From Octopus bimaculoides (taxonomy: Eukaryota): a DNA stretch of 34,698 nucleotides. Numbering within the stretch: position 1 is the first letter of the stretch; the number at the start of each line of letters is the position of its first letter. The translations under genes and the position numbers were made by a program. The stretch covers positions 53,240,355 through 53,275,052 of the forward strand of contig NC_068984.1 of assembly GCF_001194135.2 (NCBI RefSeq), read 5' to 3'. This document shows, in pieces, positions 33,763 through 34,698 of this stretch. A model generated the notes under the pieces. That model made no database searches. It was not told the origin of the DNA and saw nothing but the letters and a program-made list of their open reading frames with translations.

Positions 33763-34153
33763 AAAGGCTGAGAGTTTATGTGTTAAACAGGAAGTGTGTG
33801 TAAGGGAAGACAATTCTGTGGGTTTTATACTCTTTAGTTGGAGTTCTGGACTCTTTATCAACAGGAAGTTTATGTCTGTTCTTAGAGAAACAAGAAGTAA
33901 ATTTATATGTATTTCAATGGGTAGGTGAGAGAAGGGAATATGGTCACTGAGGAGTTTGTATGTTAAGAAGCGTTTGGAATTTCTCTATAAAAAGATTCTC
34001 CTTGTTGATTCTTTCTTGTGTAGAGATTCTGTCTTTACATTGATAAAAAGGGAATATAAGGAATTTAGGGTTTTTATTTTTGGCGCAAGAGTCTATGTGG
34101 CCACTGAGTGGAATTTGGCAGTGTTGTGGAAGATTTATTTGTTCTTTATGAAC
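33763..34153 (-). mobile_element. Penelope-like element: C-terminal end of the GIY-YIG endonuclease plus 3' UTR
   Basis: 34153->33944 reads VHKEQINLPQHCQIPLSGHIDSCAKNKNPKFLIFPFYQCKDRISTQERINKENLFIEKFQTLLNIQTPQ*, matching the H.QQI...IPLS.H...C...F.IFPFY...R..KE..FI..F.P.LN pattern. Confidence 0.8.
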
Positions 34154-34345
34154 TGAATAGTATCATCAATACACACAAAGTCCTTAAATGCAAAAGGCAA
34201 CACAAATCTTTGAAAAAACTCTTAACTAATGCCAAACTACACACACCACTTCCACCCCCATCAGTTAAAAAATGTGCACGCCCTAACTGTGGTACCTGCC
34301 CCTACGTACTTGAAGGCTCTGAATTTACCTTCAAACAAGGAACAA
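34154..34345 (+). mobile_element. Penelope-like element: RT-to-endonuclease linker with Cys motif, inverted relative to the adjacent piece
   Basis: INTHKVLKCKRQHKSLKKLLTNAKL...VKKCARPNCGTCPYVLEGSEFTFKQG (RQ..NLK.LL and CxxxxCxxC). Confidence 0.8.
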
Positions 34346-34389
34346 GTAAAAGTAATAGATAAAAGATATTACATATATCACATACACAT

Positions 34390-34698
34390 ATGGAAGACAA
34401 TTGGAGATTTCTGCGGGACAACCTGTTGAAAGCCACCGACCAGATCTGTGGCTGGTGTAAGGTCCCCTCTCGACCCAGAGTAACGTGGTGGTGGAACAAG
34501 GAGGTAGACAGGGCTATTAGACAAAAGAAACAGGCTTGGAAGGACTGGAAGAACGGTGGTAGCAGGGAATTGTACCAATGTGCCAGAAGGGAGGCTAGGC
34601 GACAGGTTTATTTAGCCAGAGGGGAAGCAGATAAGAAAAGATTTGCCAATGTTCTGCGCCATGAGGATCAAAGACTCGAGGTATTTCATGTTGCAAGA
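34390..34698 (+). mobile_element. 5'-truncated young RTE-clade LINE, frame open to the window end
   Basis: 103 uninterrupted codons: MEDNWRFLRDNLLKATDQICGWCK...WWWNKEVDRAIRQKKQAWKDWK...ARGEADKKRFANV. Homologous to 27683-27850. Confidence 0.9.

Noticed and set aside
1-34698. CRISPR arrays, rRNA or prokaryotic operons
   Set aside because: No repeat-spacer periodicity or rRNA similarity; the sequence is eukaryotic and mostly non-coding.

Overview
AT-rich, repeat-dense animal (eukaryotic) genomic DNA with two assembly gaps. The SINE families, the RTE LINE and the (TA)n/(TATC)n landscape resemble Octopus (coleoid cephalopod) DNA; this is recognition from memory, not a database result. No complete host gene is recognisable, and most ORF-track entries are chance or repeat-derived. 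Supported content: (1) two decayed Merlin/IS1016-type (ISXO2-like DDE) transposase genes (~760-1450 and ~18330-19190, both minus). (2) Three clean non-autonomous elements with 5'-GG...CC-3' termini and exact 8-bp target-site duplications (6702-7016, 11136-11655, 13953-14393); two of them carry TTAGGG-type telomeric repeats in the hairpin loop. (3) A cluster of three hammerhead-ribozyme motifs in alternating orientation at 10.65-11.76 kb; the one at 10780-10878 (+) has a perfect catalytic core. (4) An internally inverted Penelope-like element, two RTE LINE fragments, a CR1-group LINE 3' end, a mariner-type MITE and many tRNA-derived SINEs. (5) Weak, phase-compatible candidate exon chains suggesting two divergent host genes around ~17 kb, where CpG content appears to drop. 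All alignments and folds were done by eye; repeat boundaries are approximate unless a TSD is given.
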